64,000 nt of DNA from Paludibacteraceae bacterium. Its GTDB lineage: Bacteria; Bacteroidota; Bacteroidia; Bacteroidales; Paludibacteraceae. The stretch is from positions 1 to 64,000 of the forward strand of contig JAFOYE010000012.1 of assembly GCA_017391525.1 (NCBI GenBank), written 5' to 3'. Position numbers and translations under genes: made by a program. Shown here piece after piece: positions 16,693 to 26,569 of this stretch; the stretch's first letter is position 1, and each line of letters opens with the position of its first letter. The notes beneath the pieces are model-generated. The model had not been told where the DNA came from. It was given only the letters and a program-made list of their open reading frames with translations, and searched no databases.

Positions 16693-19600
16693 ATGAAAAA
16701 GGGTTTACTTGTTCTATTGGTCGGATTATTTAGCTGTTTAAACGGCCTGCTGGCTAATGTGACTTTTACTGTGAATGTACCAACGGGTACCAAACAATGT
16801 TATGTGGTAGGTGGATTGCCACAACTGAGCTCTTGGTCTGCAGGTGCTGCAGTACCTATGAATAGAGTAGGGGAGAAAGATCAGTTTACCGTAACCATTA
16901 CCGGTATCACAGCTGCCGATGTGAGTGCGTCGGAAGGTTATAAATATATCTGTGGTCCTGATTGGAAATATGTGGAGAAGACTGCCTCCGGCGGTGAGGT
17001 AACCAACCGCACAACCGTAGGTAACCCCGATGTAGTAGCCTCATGGGCGGCCGTGTATGAGAATGTGGGTATCACCGAAAACTGGACCATCGCAGGCAAG
17101 CAATACCCTGTGCAAATCCTCTTGCCAAGTGATTACGATAAAACAAAGCAATACCCAGTCATCTACATGTTTGGTCGTCATCAACGCTATCGCGATGCGG
17201 GCTCGGACACCGAGATGGGCGATCGTATTCTCTACTCCGACTCTTGGGGCGTGGCAGAGTCTGTCAAAGAGCTGGAAGCCGAGGGAGTAGAAGTAGGTGT
17301 GGTGGTTGTCATCTATGCCCAACTGCCTGAGTTTACTCCTTGGGAGAATGAAGAGTTTGCGGGTACAGGTAAGGCGGACGAGTTCCTCAGGGGTTTTATG
17401 AATGACTTTAAGCCTGCCTTTGAAAAGAAATATGCCGTACGATCGGGCAAAGAGGCTTGCACTATCATGGGTGCTGATGTGGCAGGATTATTTGCCTTCT
17501 ATGCAGCAATAACCCATCCAGATAAGTTTGGCAAGTGTCTAATGTTCTCACCTGCATTCTGGTATAACAGCGCAGAGTTACGCGACTATGTCAACTCCGT
17601 AAATATCACCGGCAATCACTTTGGTTTTGTTGAGACTTCGGCCGACACCGATTGGACAACCGATGAGGTGGAGTATTATGGTTCGTGGTTGTATAAGAAA
17701 AATAATCTTGTAGCGAATTGGGAAATCGATGGTGCCCACGATGACTGCACTTGGGGAAAGGCCTTTAAGGATGCACTAGGAGAACAACCTGTAACAGTTA
17801 GCGATACTCCTGAACTCCTAAACAGCACCTTTGGTGCGCCTGAACACTCTGCCGCGCAGACTCTCAACTCTGCTGATATCACTTGGTACTTTATGAAAGG
17901 TGAAGGCACTACCACTTTAACTTGCGAGGGTACGCCTACACAAAAGGGCTCGTTCTACAAGGATGGTAAGACACCCGTTGCGGCACAACTGCTGGTCAAG
18001 GAGATTCCGGTGGACGGCAAGAAATACTCTTACTACTGGAACCTGAATAGTGGCAGCCAGTGCGATGGCGACTTGCTGATGGCTTCGCCTAAGGATATTG
18101 GGTTTAAGAACACCCGCTCTACCACTTCGTGGCAACGTGTGGCTGTCTTTGCCGATGGTACATACGAACAATCAGCGGCTTCGGCGACTAATTTCAAGGT
18201 CAACGGCGTGACGATGACCGTGGGTAGCAACTACGAACTGAGCGCAGAGGTGAGCCTAACGGATAGCAAAACCATCTCGGTACACTATGGTAGTGTGAAC
18301 TCGGGTAGCGATATGGGTGAATTGGTGAGTGCTACTGCGTCGGATAACTGCTTGAAAGCGAAAGTGGTGTATTCGTATTTGACCAATAAGTTGACCGTGA
18401 CTGAAACAGCATGGGGTAGTTCGGATATTGACTTGGAGTACTTTAAGGTGGAACCGGCAGTTGTTCATCCTGGTACTCCTGTGAAGATGATCGTTAAGAT
18501 AGCCAATAAGAATGGTTATAATGTCAACTTCCGTATGAACCATAATAATCAGTCGTCGTCGGCTATTACGCTCAACAAGGGTAGCAATGGCGAGGAGTAT
18601 TATGTGATCAATAATCCAGAATTGGGTATCTATGGTTTCTATCTCGATATCGAACTCAATGGCACTACCACTAAAGCCCATCGTGCGGTATACGTGAAGG
18701 TCGTAGAGGGTACGGACTATGAACCTCAGATTCACGATAACCCATATGAGGGTATTGATTGGTCAAGCATCAATCAGTATAAGAGCAATCTGCATACGCA
18801 TACGACCCAATCCAACGATGCAATAGACGAGTTCACAACCGCTAATGTGGTGGATAAATACCATGCTGCAGGATATATGATATTGGCGCTGACTGACCAT
18901 GACTACAATCCTTATCCATGGCAGTTGTTCCCACAATATATGAGCGGTGTACCCGCACGCGATCCAGAGGCATTGGGTATGTTAGCTATCCCAGGGAATG
19001 AGCTCAGTAAGGACAATACCAATTCATGGAGCGAGCGTACCGGTGGCGAATTTAACCACCACAATGACTTCTTTACCGGTCGTCAAGGACAAGAGTTTGC
19101 CTCGCTGCAAGAGTCATACGCCTACACCTATGCACTAGGTGGTATGCAAATCATCAACCACCCAGGACAATATTGGAATATCGGTACTACCTATAGCGAA
19201 ACACAGAAGAATGGTCCGGGTTGGCATGCTACCAACTTCAAGACTTATCCATCATTGGTAGGACTGGAGGTGTATAACCAAGGCGACCGCCGTGCCAACG
19301 ACCGCGTGCTATGGGATCAGATCCTGCAACGCACCATGCCACTGCGCAATGTCTATGGCTATTCAGGCGATGATACCCACAACAACGAGCAACTCTTCCG
19401 CAACTACAATATGATGCTCATGACAGATCTCACTACTGAGGATTTGAAGCAGGCTATGCGCACAGGTGCTAGCTACTTCTGCTACGAACCAAAGGGTAGT
19501 GGCGAGGCGAAAGCTCCACGTATCACAAGCATAGAGGTGAATGAGCAAGCACAGACGATTACCATAGAAACTAATGGACTAGTGCATTGGATCTACGCGA

Positions 19601-20016
19601 CCGACAAGACTTCCTCGGCTGCTTCGTCTGCAAGAAGCACAGTGGTGGGAATAGGCAAGAGTTTCTGCTACAAGGGCTATCAAGGCTCTTACGTGCGCGC
19701 GTATATAACTAATGTGTATGGCGAGACTTGTACACAGCCGATAAGTTTTATAGACAAGAATATGGTTGGTGTGGAGAATGTGCCAGTAACTACATTATCT
19801 ATCATGGCGTATCCTAATCCAACAGTGGATGAGTTGAATATCTTCATGAATCACTCCGAATGCGAAGATGTGATTCGTATCTATGATATCAATGGACGAG
19901 AGGTGGTGGTGACTCCAGTACAAGGAGCGTTAACCGTGCTTTCGGTTCGTGAATTACCTTCTGGTATGTATCTATTACAATCGGGAAATAGAACTGCTAG
20001 ATTTATCAAAGAATAA
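16693..20016 (+). CDS. secreted multidomain protein: N-terminal beta-sandwich (CBM-like), esterase domain, PHP-type metallo-phosphoesterase domain, T9SS C-terminal sorting domain
   Basis: Signal peptide MKKGLLVLLVGLFSC. The esterase-like segment has PVIYMFGRHQRY and LMFSPAFWYN. The PHP motif is NLHTHTTQSNDAIDEF...LTDHD. The C-terminus ends in ...YPNPTVDELNI...IYDINGREVV...SGMYLLQ, a type-A T9SS sorting domain. Confidence 0.7.
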   Translation: MKKGLLVLLVGLFSCLNGLLANVTFTVNVPTGTKQCYVVGGLPQLSSWSAGAAVPMNRVGEKDQFTVTITGITAADVSASEGYKYICGPDWKYVEKTASGGEVTNRTTVGNPDVVASWAAVYENVGITENWTIAGKQYPVQILLPSDYDKTKQYPVIYMFGRHQRYRDAGSDTEMGDRILYSDSWGVAESVKELEAEGVEVGVVVVIYAQLPEFTPWENEEFAGTGKADEFLRGFMNDFKPAFEKKYAVRSGKEACTIMGADVAGLFAFYAAITHPDKFGKCLMFSPAFWYNSAELRDYVNSVNITGNHFGFVETSADTDWTTDEVEYYGSWLYKKNNLVANWEIDGAHDDCTWGKAFKDALGEQPVTVSDTPELLNSTFGAPEHSAAQTLNSADITWYFMKGEGTTTLTCEGTPTQKGSFYKDGKTPVAAQLLVKEIPVDGKKYSYYWNLNSGSQCDGDLLMASPKDIGFKNTRSTTSWQRVAVFADGTYEQSAASATNFKVNGVTMTVGSNYELSAEVSLTDSKTISVHYGSVNSGSDMGELVSATASDNCLKAKVVYSYLTNKLTVTETAWGSSDIDLEYFKVEPAVVHPGTPVKMIVKIANKNGYNVNFRMNHNNQSSSAITLNKGSNGEEYYVINNPELGIYGFYLDIELNGTTTKAHRAVYVKVVEGTDYEPQIHDNPYEGIDWSSINQYKSNLHTHTTQSNDAIDEFTTANVVDKYHAAGYMILALTDHDYNPYPWQLFPQYMSGVPARDPEALGMLAIPGNELSKDNTNSWSERTGGEFNHHNDFFTGRQGQEFASLQESYAYTYALGGMQIINHPGQYWNIGTTYSETQKNGPGWHATNFKTYPSLVGLEVYNQGDRRANDRVLWDQILQRTMPLRNVYGYSGDDTHNNEQLFRNYNMMLMTDLTTEDLKQAMRTGASYFCYEPKGSGEAKAPRITSIEVNEQAQTITIETNGLVHWIYATDKTSSAASSARSTVVGIGKSFCYKGYQGSYVRAYITNVYGETCTQPISFIDKNMVGVENVPVTTLSIMAYPNPTVDELNIFMNHSECEDVIRIYDINGREVVVTPVQGALTVLSVRELPSGMYLLQSGNRTARFIKE

Positions 20017-20039
20017 GGATCTATTTGTTATTCCTGTTT

Positions 20040-20074
20040 AATCGCCATTTGCTGCTGCAAGTGGCGATTTTGTA
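20040..20074 (+). terminator. terminator hairpin AATCGCCATTTG...CAAGTGGCGATT
   Basis: 12-bp stem followed by TTTTGT. The same stem sequences occur at 41815-41858. Confidence 0.5.
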
Positions 20075-20238
20075 TAAATATTCAAAAAAATCGCAAAAAA
20101 GTTTGGTCATATCAAAAAAAAGTAGTAACTTTGCACGATTTTTCGTGTATAGTAGAGTGAAGTGGGCATATGAGAACAACGAAAAAATGGGGATAAATTG
20201 GGCTAACTACTTAGAAATAAACTAAATACAAAAATACA

Positions 20239-20472
20239 ATGTCAAAGATTTGTCAAATTACAGGCAAGAAAGCCATGGTGGGATGCAACGTGTCACACTC
20301 AAAGCGCCACACAAAGCGTACTTTTGATGTGAACTTGTTCCACAAGAAGTTCTACTGGGTAGAACAAGACACATGGATCATGCTGAACGTGAGTGCAGCT
20401 GGTCTGAGAACTATTAACAAGATCGGATTGGATGCAGCGCTAAAGCGCGCTTCTGAGAAGGGTTACATTTAA
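20239..20472 (+). CDS. rpmB: 50S ribosomal protein L28
   Basis: [29 protein letters not shown]... Confidence 0.9.
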   Translation: MSKICQITGKKAMVGCNVSHSKRHTKRTFDVNLFHKKFYWVEQDTWIMLNVSAAGLRTINKIGLDAALKRASEKGYI

Positions 20473-20489
20473 ACAAAGGAGGATTCGTT

Positions 20490-20678
20490 ATGGCAAAGAA
20501 ATCAAAAGAAGCACGTGTCCAAGTAATCTTGGAGTGCACTGAGCACAAGGCCAGCGGTATGCCAGGTACATCACGTTACATCACTACCAAAAACCGCAAG
20601 AACACTCCTGAGCGTTTGGAATTGAAAAAGTACAACCCAATCCTCAAGAAGTACACTATCCACAAAGAAATTAAGTAA
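20490..20678 (+). CDS. rpmG: 50S ribosomal protein L33
   Basis: [50 protein letters not shown]... Confidence 0.9.
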   Translation: MAKKSKEARVQVILECTEHKASGMPGTSRYITTKNRKNTPERLELKKYNPILKKYTIHKEIK

Positions 20679-20708
20679 TTAACCCCTAATTAAGAAAGGC
20701 TTAGAACT

Positions 20709-20861
20709 ATGGCAAAGAAAGCGGTCGCTACACTTCACACTGGTAACGCAGGTCGTAACCATACAAAGTGTATCAAGATGGTTAAGAGCCCTAAAACGGG
20801 TGCTTACATCTTCCAAGAAGAAATTGTTGAGAACGACAAAGTTGCTGCTTACTTCAAGTAA
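20709..20861 (+). CDS. DUF4295-family small protein (conserved partner of rpmB-rpmG in Bacteroidetes); absent from the ORF track because it is under 60 aa
   Basis: ATG at 20709 and TAA at 20859-20861 give MAKKAVATLHTGNAGRNHTKCIKMVKSPKTGAYIFQEEIVENDKVAAYFK (50 aa). Confidence 0.7.
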   Translation: MAKKAVATLHTGNAGRNHTKCIKMVKSPKTGAYIFQEEIVENDKVAAYFK

Positions 20862-20889
20862 GAATCGCAATAGAAATCTTAAAAAAAAA

Positions 20890-20921
20890 GCATACTAAAT
20901 TTTGTAGTATGCTTTTTTTTT
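20890..20921 (+). terminator. rho-independent terminator
   Basis: GCATACTA-AATTTTG-TAGTATGC hairpin followed by a T9 run. A TACCTTTG -7 box for the next gene sits at 20925-20932. Confidence 0.6.
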
Positions 20922-21097
20922 GTTACCTTTGCAGACGAGTTCGGATTTATGTCGGTGAATGTTTAATGTTGAATGTCTATAGTTAAGGGATACAGCTTCG
21001 CTGGTTTCAATTACTTTCAACTTTCAACTTTCAACTTTAGACTAAAATATCAGATGATATAGTTTGGGGAATAATGAATATTTAATGATTAACGAGT

Positions 21098-22027
21098 ATG
21101 CTGGGTATTATTATTAATCCAAAGTCGGGAAAGAAGGCTTTTAGAGCACAACGATTATATTTATGGAAACTGCTCAAAGCAAGACGTGAACCATTTGTGT
21201 ATCGCGTTACTAAATACGAAAACCACGCTATCGAACTAGCACGAGAACTTGTTGAGGAGAAAGCTTGTACTATAATCCTAGTTTTAGGCGGTGATGGAAC
21301 ACTTAGTGAGGCTATTAATGGTATCATGCGAGCTGATCTTACTCCAGAACAACGTGCTCAGATCAAGTTTGGGCTTATGCCTCGTGGTACCGGTAATGAT
21401 TTTGCTCGCCATTGGGGGCTTAACAAAGATTTTAAGCGTTCATTAGATATTTTCTTCCAAGGAAATACGAAACCTATCGATGTGGGGTGCGTAACCTATA
21501 TGAGAAACAATATTCCTCATCATCGTTATTTCATCAATTCCTTGGGCTTTGGTATTGAACCAATGTGCTGTAGATATGCCGAGAAGTTAAAGTATTATAT
21601 TGGTAGTCATCGCATCAATTACTTTTTTGCGCTCCTGTGGTCTTTGGTCAAATATAAAAATCCGCATCTTCGTTTAGATGTGGATGGTAAGACAGTGGTG
21701 GAAAGTAAGATGTTTGTGACCAGTATTGCCAATGGTTCTTATGTGGGTGGAGGTATGAAATTGAATCCAAATGCAGATCCTTGTGATGGAGTACTTCATT
21801 CTATGTTCTTAACACCTCCTACGTTTAAGCAAGTTCTGCAAGCTGTGCCTCGTTTGTTTGATGGACGTTTTTATGAATTGCCTTTTGTGCATCCTGTTGT
21901 AGCGGATAACCTATTGATGCACACCAAGCAACATCAGTCTTTTGAGGCAGATGGTATAGTGATGGATGTCACTGGACCATGCCAAGTGACTTGTATGAAA
22001 CATGCTTTGCAAATGATAGTACCTTAG
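21098..22027 (+). CDS. diacylglycerol-kinase-family lipid kinase (YegS-like)
   Basis: DAGK_cat motif ILVLGGDGTLSEAING and GTGNDFAR. Confidence 0.8.
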   Translation: MLGIIINPKSGKKAFRAQRLYLWKLLKARREPFVYRVTKYENHAIELARELVEEKACTIILVLGGDGTLSEAINGIMRADLTPEQRAQIKFGLMPRGTGNDFARHWGLNKDFKRSLDIFFQGNTKPIDVGCVTYMRNNIPHHRYFINSLGFGIEPMCCRYAEKLKYYIGSHRINYFFALLWSLVKYKNPHLRLDVDGKTVVESKMFVTSIANGSYVGGGMKLNPNADPCDGVLHSMFLTPPTFKQVLQAVPRLFDGRFYELPFVHPVVADNLLMHTKQHQSFEADGIVMDVTGPCQVTCMKHALQMIVP

Positions 22028-22034
22028 GCGCTAA

Positions 22035-22125
22035 AGCGCAGGACGCCTCTTTGAGGCTATAGGACGCTTCGCTATAGGACGCGCCGATGGCGCTATAGGT
22101 TATAGGCGAAAGGTTAAAGGCGAAA
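22035..22125. repeat. CTATAGGACGC-family dispersed repeat (second copy at 55925-56012)
   Basis: gaggctataggacgcttcgctataggacgcgccgatggcgctataggttataggcgaaagg aligns with agccctataggacgctttgctataggacgccgcgatgcggctatgggacgg...cctataggttataggt. Confidence 0.65.
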
Positions 22126-22127
22126 GG

Positions 22128-22904
22128 TTAGAGGGAAGAGGCGAAGGATTCGGCTTCGGAGAGTTGGTTGATTTTTCCAACATCCATCATACGGTAATTC
22201 TCAGGGATATACGCTCTGAGAATTTCTTTTTGTGCGATATTGAGATATAAATCAATGAGTGAGAATTTCTCGCCTTTCTGCTCAACTATATCACTCATGC
22301 AATCAAAGATACGAGGGTTAAGCACTTGCATACCAGAGAATGCCAATCGAGAGGCGATGAGGCTATTTGGCGATGAGGCGAAGGAGGCAGGGCGGACTTC
22401 GCCAGTGGCGATATTAGTCCAGCCGCAGAGTCGATTCTCCTCGTCAAACAATAGATAGCGTTGGGTGTCTCGCTTGCTGACTACTACTACGCCCATCTCC
22501 TCAGGATTATATGCTTTGAGTAGAGTTGGGATATCAATATTAGATAAAATATCAACATTACAGATGAGTATACCTTCGCCTGAACTTCTAAACTCCTGAA
22601 CTCCTAAACTTCTGAACTTCTCTTGTGCTTTGCGCAAACCACCACCTGTCTCAAGGAGCCTATCTCGCTCATCGCTAACCTGAATCGTGCAACCAAAGTT
22701 ATCGTTCTCTTTTAGGTAGTTGATGATCATGTCAGGGAAGTGATGTACATTAACCACGATGTCAGTGATACCTGCCGCTTTGAGTTGTTCTATTTGCCAT
22801 TGCAAAAGGGTTTTGCCGGCCAATGGAACGAGTGCTTTAGGCAGGGTGTCGGTTAGTGGTTTTAAGCGGGTACCAAGTCCCGCTGCGAAGATCATGGCTT
22901 TCAT
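22128..22904 (-). CDS. sugar-phosphate nucleotidyltransferase (MurU / mannose-1-P guanylyltransferase-like)
   Basis: N-terminal MKAMIFAAGLGTRLKPLTDTLPKALVPLAGK, the G-x-G-T-R nucleotidyltransferase signature. Confidence 0.75.
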   Translation of the reverse strand: MKAMIFAAGLGTRLKPLTDTLPKALVPLAGKTLLQWQIEQLKAAGITDIVVNVHHFPDMIINYLKENDNFGCTIQVSDERDRLLETGGGLRKAQEKFRSLGVQEFRSSGEGILICNVDILSNIDIPTLLKAYNPEEMGVVVVSKRDTQRYLLFDEENRLCGWTNIATGEVRPASFASSPNSLIASRLAFSGMQVLNPRIFDCMSDIVEQKGEKFSLIDLYLNIAQKEILRAYIPENYRMMDVGKINQLSEAESFASSL

Positions 22905-22909
22905 AAGTG

Positions 22910-23791
22910 TTATTTGCTTTCTTCCTGTTTGTCTTCGTCCTCTTTCACCTCTTCGGATTCAACCTCTTCTACCGTATTATCGGTGGTATAGTCGGTTGTT
23001 TGGGGGGCATTATCAGATTCTTGTACAACCCGTTTAGCGCGTAACTCTTCGTAGAAACATGCGTTAGCAGTCATGATGTATGGTATGATTGCAACGATGC
23101 CTATGAGCATGATACCAACAGCCACTGATTGCACGAATAGTGTAGAACTTGTTGGTATAAAATGAAGTATGATAGCTGGAGCAAAGATAGCTACTAGTAT
23201 CGTTAGTAATATCCATGGAAGGAAGGTGATGTCTAGGTGGAATAATTGTCGTTTGTATCCACTCATCATTTGTCTACTGATTTTGAATGCCTCACGTATA
23301 GTCAGTTCTGGATAATCGTGTAGGAGTAGTGGGGTCATCCGATAGATATATGACAGGAATATTCCACCGATGCCAAAGGTGAATGTATTGATTAGCATGC
23401 TCATAACTGAGTAAACGGCTGCAGCAATGAGTAAGCGTATATAGTTGACAGAAGTGTTGATGATGGTTGATTTGCCAAGCGAGTCAGTCTCCTGACGTGC
23501 GAGGCCTAGTAGAGCAATCCAAAAACCATATTGCAATGGTGTTAACAGCAATGTTAGTATGCTATATAGAATGATTGCATTGCCGGAGTTGATATGTTCG
23601 CTCAATAGTAGTTGTTGTTCTGGATTGTTACTCGCGTAGGTTGTTAGGATCTCATTCCAGTTCTCTACTATGACGGGTATGGTGCATAATAGGGTGATGA
23701 ATATATAAGCGATTGTAAGTCCTATAGCATTGCCCCACTGATTTTGTAAGAAGTAACGAGCTTGGAGGCGATAATAACGAGGTTCTTGCAT
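22910..23791 (-). CDS. DUF975-like polytopic membrane protein with an acidic C-terminal tail
   Basis: Start taken at MQEPRYYRLQARYFLQNQWGNAIGL. There are 5-6 transmembrane segments and the C-terminus is EEVESEEVKEDEDKQEESK. Confidence 0.45.
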   Translation of the reverse strand: MQEPRYYRLQARYFLQNQWGNAIGLTIAYIFITLLCTIPVIVENWNEILTTYASNNPEQQLLLSEHINSGNAIILYSILTLLLTPLQYGFWIALLGLARQETDSLGKSTIINTSVNYIRLLIAAAVYSVMSMLINTFTFGIGGIFLSYIYRMTPLLLHDYPELTIREAFKISRQMMSGYKRQLFHLDITFLPWILLTILVAIFAPAIILHFIPTSSTLFVQSVAVGIMLIGIVAIIPYIMTANACFYEELRAKRVVQESDNAPQTTDYTTDNTVEEVESEEVKEDEDKQEESK

Positions 23792-24000
23792 AATGAATGG
23801 ATGAATGTTTGTTGTAATTTCGTGCAAAGGTACAACAAAAAATACAAATTACCAAGAAATAGTGACGAAACTTTACCTACGAAATGCTTTTCTTCTGTTG
23901 GAAAGTTTGATTCTAGTAAAAAGAAGGTATAATATATGGAAAAAATATAGAAAATAACAATTTTTTTTGTTAAATATTTGGTCAGTCCAAAAAAAAGCAG

Positions 24001-24008
24001 TACCTTTG
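24001..24008 (+). promoter_or_regulatory. -7 box TACCTTTG upstream of tRNA-Lys
   Basis: TAnnTTTG motif lies 26 nt before the mature tRNA 5' end. Confidence 0.4.
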
Positions 24009-24033
24009 CAGTCGGTTTTGAAAAACTACTAAT

Positions 24034-24106
24034 GTCTTCCTAGCTCAGTTGGTAGAGCAACTGACTCTTAATCAGTGGGTCCAGGGTTCGAGTCCCTGGG
24101 AGGACA
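24034..24106 (+). tRNA. tRNA-Lys (anticodon CTT)
   Basis: Cloverleaf: acceptor GTCTTCC/GGAGGAC, D arm GCTCAGTTGGTAGAGC, anticodon stem ACTGA/TCAGT with loop CTCTTAA, T arm CAGGGTTCGAGTCCCTG. CCA is not encoded. Confidence 0.85.
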
Positions 24107-24110
24107 CAAA

Positions 24111-24136
24111 GGACATCCAATTGGATGTCCTTTTTT
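24111..24136 (+). terminator. rho-independent terminator after the tRNA
   Basis: GGACATCCAA/TTGGATGTCC perfect 10-bp stem followed by a T6 run. Confidence 0.6.
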
Positions 24137-24288
24137 GTATTTATGGTAATTACGTGATAAAACGAACGATTTTCAAGCTATTTTCTTGCAAATGTCATAA
24201 AATTGTTGTAACTTTGCGATGTTTTTATATAAGCAATCAACTTTGTACTTTTATTTTATATCATTAACCATTTAAAATTTGGAATAGT

Positions 24289-25200
24289 ATGGGATTATTT
24301 GACAAAATTAAGGATTTATTAGAAGATGAAGTGCCAGAGAGTCTTCTTAACGCTAGCAAAAGTTTTTTAAAAAAAACTTCTGCTCCGGCACCAACTCCAA
24401 AGGCTGCTCCAACTCCTGCTCCAACTCCAACTCCTGCTCCAGCTCCAACTCCAGCTCCAGTTCAACAATCAGATAATGACCAATTGTACGATTCACAATT
24501 GGAGAAATTGATAGATTTGGCAATAGCTGATGGCGAATTGACAGAAAAAGAAAAGCAGATTCTTTTCAAGAAAGCAGAAGCCAAGGGTATTGATTTAGAC
24601 GAATTCGAGATGGTTCTTGAAGCACGTTTATATGAAAAACAAAAACATAATACTCAAGCACCCCCTGTAGTACCTGTTTCACCTATGCCAGCTGTTGCTC
24701 CTGTACAGGCTCCAGCACCAACATCTAACAAGGCGGGTGATGTGAAAAAATGTCCCGCTTGTGGCGCGGTGATAGAAGCTTTCAATACGAATTGTCTATA
24801 TTGCGGTCATGAGTTTAGAAATGTTGAGGCTAACAATAGTATTCAACGATTGTTTGAAATGTTGAATCAAGTTGAAGAGTCAAAAGAGGAACCAACATCA
24901 TTACGTGGTATGTTTACTGCTGCATGGGATGATGATAGGGTTCTTAGTAAGAAAAAAACAATTATTCAGAATTTTCCTGTACCAAATACAAAGGAGGATA
25001 TCATTGAGTTTTTGACCTTGGCTCTACCCCTTGCCAAAAAACCTGGTTTCTTTAGTCCTGACCCAGATAGAGAAGAAATGTATCCTGTTTGGAAAGCTAA
25101 GTGTGAGCAAATCATAATGAAGGCAAGATTCTCTATGAAGAATGATCCAGAGACTTTGGCAGAGATTAATGCATATGGTAAAGAAATAGGTATCAAGTAA
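24289..25200 (+). CDS. hypothetical protein: MGLF N-terminus, Pro/Ala-rich linker, TerB-like helical segment, Cys4 zinc ribbon, C-terminal helical domain
   Basis: PAPTPKAAPTPAPTPTPAPAPTPAP linker. ADGELTEKEKQILFKKAEAKGIDLDEF is TerB-like. CPACGAVIEAFNTNCLYCGH is the zinc ribbon. A TAACTTTG -7 box sits at 24209-24216. Confidence 0.5.
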   Translation: MGLFDKIKDLLEDEVPESLLNASKSFLKKTSAPAPTPKAAPTPAPTPTPAPAPTPAPVQQSDNDQLYDSQLEKLIDLAIADGELTEKEKQILFKKAEAKGIDLDEFEMVLEARLYEKQKHNTQAPPVVPVSPMPAVAPVQAPAPTSNKAGDVKKCPACGAVIEAFNTNCLYCGHEFRNVEANNSIQRLFEMLNQVEESKEEPTSLRGMFTAAWDDDRVLSKKKTIIQNFPVPNTKEDIIEFLTLALPLAKKPGFFSPDPDREEMYPVWKAKCEQIIMKARFSMKNDPETLAEINAYGKEIGIK

Positions 25201-25224
25201 CAAATTTTATAAAGCTATATTGTA

Positions 25225-26550
25225 ATGGGACTTTTCGGCAATAAAAAAGAAGGCGGTTTGATGGATGTTATCCGCTGTGATGAGGAAAATTACCTCGTAT
25301 GGAAATGGAGACCTGCAGGACAGGAGGTTAATTCTACCAAGAAAGAGAATGCTATCCGTTATGGCAGTTCACTACGTGTAAAGGATGGCGAGATGGCTGT
25401 ATTCGTGTATAAACAGGATGGTGGTCAAATGATGGACTTTATCGAGGGTCCGTATGATGGTACAATCAAGACAGATAACTTTCCTGTTCTTACAAGCATT
25501 GTAGGTTTAGCATTTGGTGGTTCCAGCCCATTCCAAGCTGAGATTTATTATTTCAACCTCCAAGGTAACAATCAAATTCGTTTTGCTGTACCATATTTTG
25601 ATGTAGCAGATCCACGTTTCCTTGATTTCACTGTACCAGTAGCAGTGCGTGGTACACTCACATTCAATCTTACAGATGTTAAACAATTCATCAAGCTTAA
25701 CCGTATTATCGATTTTTCTTTGGATCAATTTAGAGAGCAAATCAGTGGTATGGTGAAGAAGTACGCTAAGAGTTTTGTGTCAAATTATCCTTCTGAAAAG
25801 GGTCTTTCTGTATTGCAAATCGAGAGAAAGATCGAGGAGATTAGTGATGCAATGCAAGCTCGCCTAGCTCCACAATTGGCAGATGATTTCGGTGTTAATC
25901 TCAAGCGTTTGGATGTATCTGCTATAGAGATTGATAAGGAGAGCACTGATTATGCACAATTTGTTCATGCAACAAAGGAGCAACAAATGATCCAAGCAGA
26001 GCAAATAGGTCGTCGTGCTCAAATCGATACCGATGTATATGCTGAGGGTGCTCACCTAGGTGTTCAATCACAATTTATCCAAGCACATGCTATCAACAAA
26101 CAAGCTGAAGTACTTTCTGCAGCTGCTAATAACCTTGGTCAAATGGGCCAAATGGATATGGGCGGCGGTGGCATGAACCCAGTAGGTATGATGATGGGTA
26201 TGGGTGTTGCTGCTGGTATGGGTCAACAAATGGCAGGTATGATGTCAGGTGGTATGAACGCGATGCAACAACAAACAATGCAACCACAAATGGCGCAACA
26301 AGCTCCACAAATGGCACCTCCACCAATGCCAGGTAATGTTAGTTATATGCTAGCTGTGAATGGCCAACAATATGGTCCTTACAATATGCTCCAATTGCAA
26401 CAAATGATTCCAACTGGACAATTGACAGCTCAAACACTTGTTTGGTGCCAAGGTATGGTAGCTTGGGAAGCAGCAGGCAATCGTCCTGATCTTGCATCAC
26501 TCTTTGCACCTGCAGCGCCAGGTATGCCACCAACTCCTCCGGTAGTTTAA
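25225..26550 (+). CDS. SPFH/band-7 domain protein (COG4260-like) with a Q/M/G-rich low-complexity region and a C-terminal DUF4339 (GYF-like) domain
   Basis: MGLFGNKKEGGLMDVIRCDEENYLVWKW... is the COG4260 N-terminus. The C-terminal YMLAVNGQQYGPYNMLQLQQMIPTGQLTAQTLVWCQGMVAWEAAGNRPDL is DUF4339-like. Confidence 0.6.
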   Translation: MGLFGNKKEGGLMDVIRCDEENYLVWKWRPAGQEVNSTKKENAIRYGSSLRVKDGEMAVFVYKQDGGQMMDFIEGPYDGTIKTDNFPVLTSIVGLAFGGSSPFQAEIYYFNLQGNNQIRFAVPYFDVADPRFLDFTVPVAVRGTLTFNLTDVKQFIKLNRIIDFSLDQFREQISGMVKKYAKSFVSNYPSEKGLSVLQIERKIEEISDAMQARLAPQLADDFGVNLKRLDVSAIEIDKESTDYAQFVHATKEQQMIQAEQIGRRAQIDTDVYAEGAHLGVQSQFIQAHAINKQAEVLSAAANNLGQMGQMDMGGGGMNPVGMMMGMGVAAGMGQQMAGMMSGGMNAMQQQTMQPQMAQQAPQMAPPPMPGNVSYMLAVNGQQYGPYNMLQLQQMIPTGQLTAQTLVWCQGMVAWEAAGNRPDLASLFAPAAPGMPPTPPVV

Positions 26551-26569
26551 TTTAAATAAAGTAGATATT

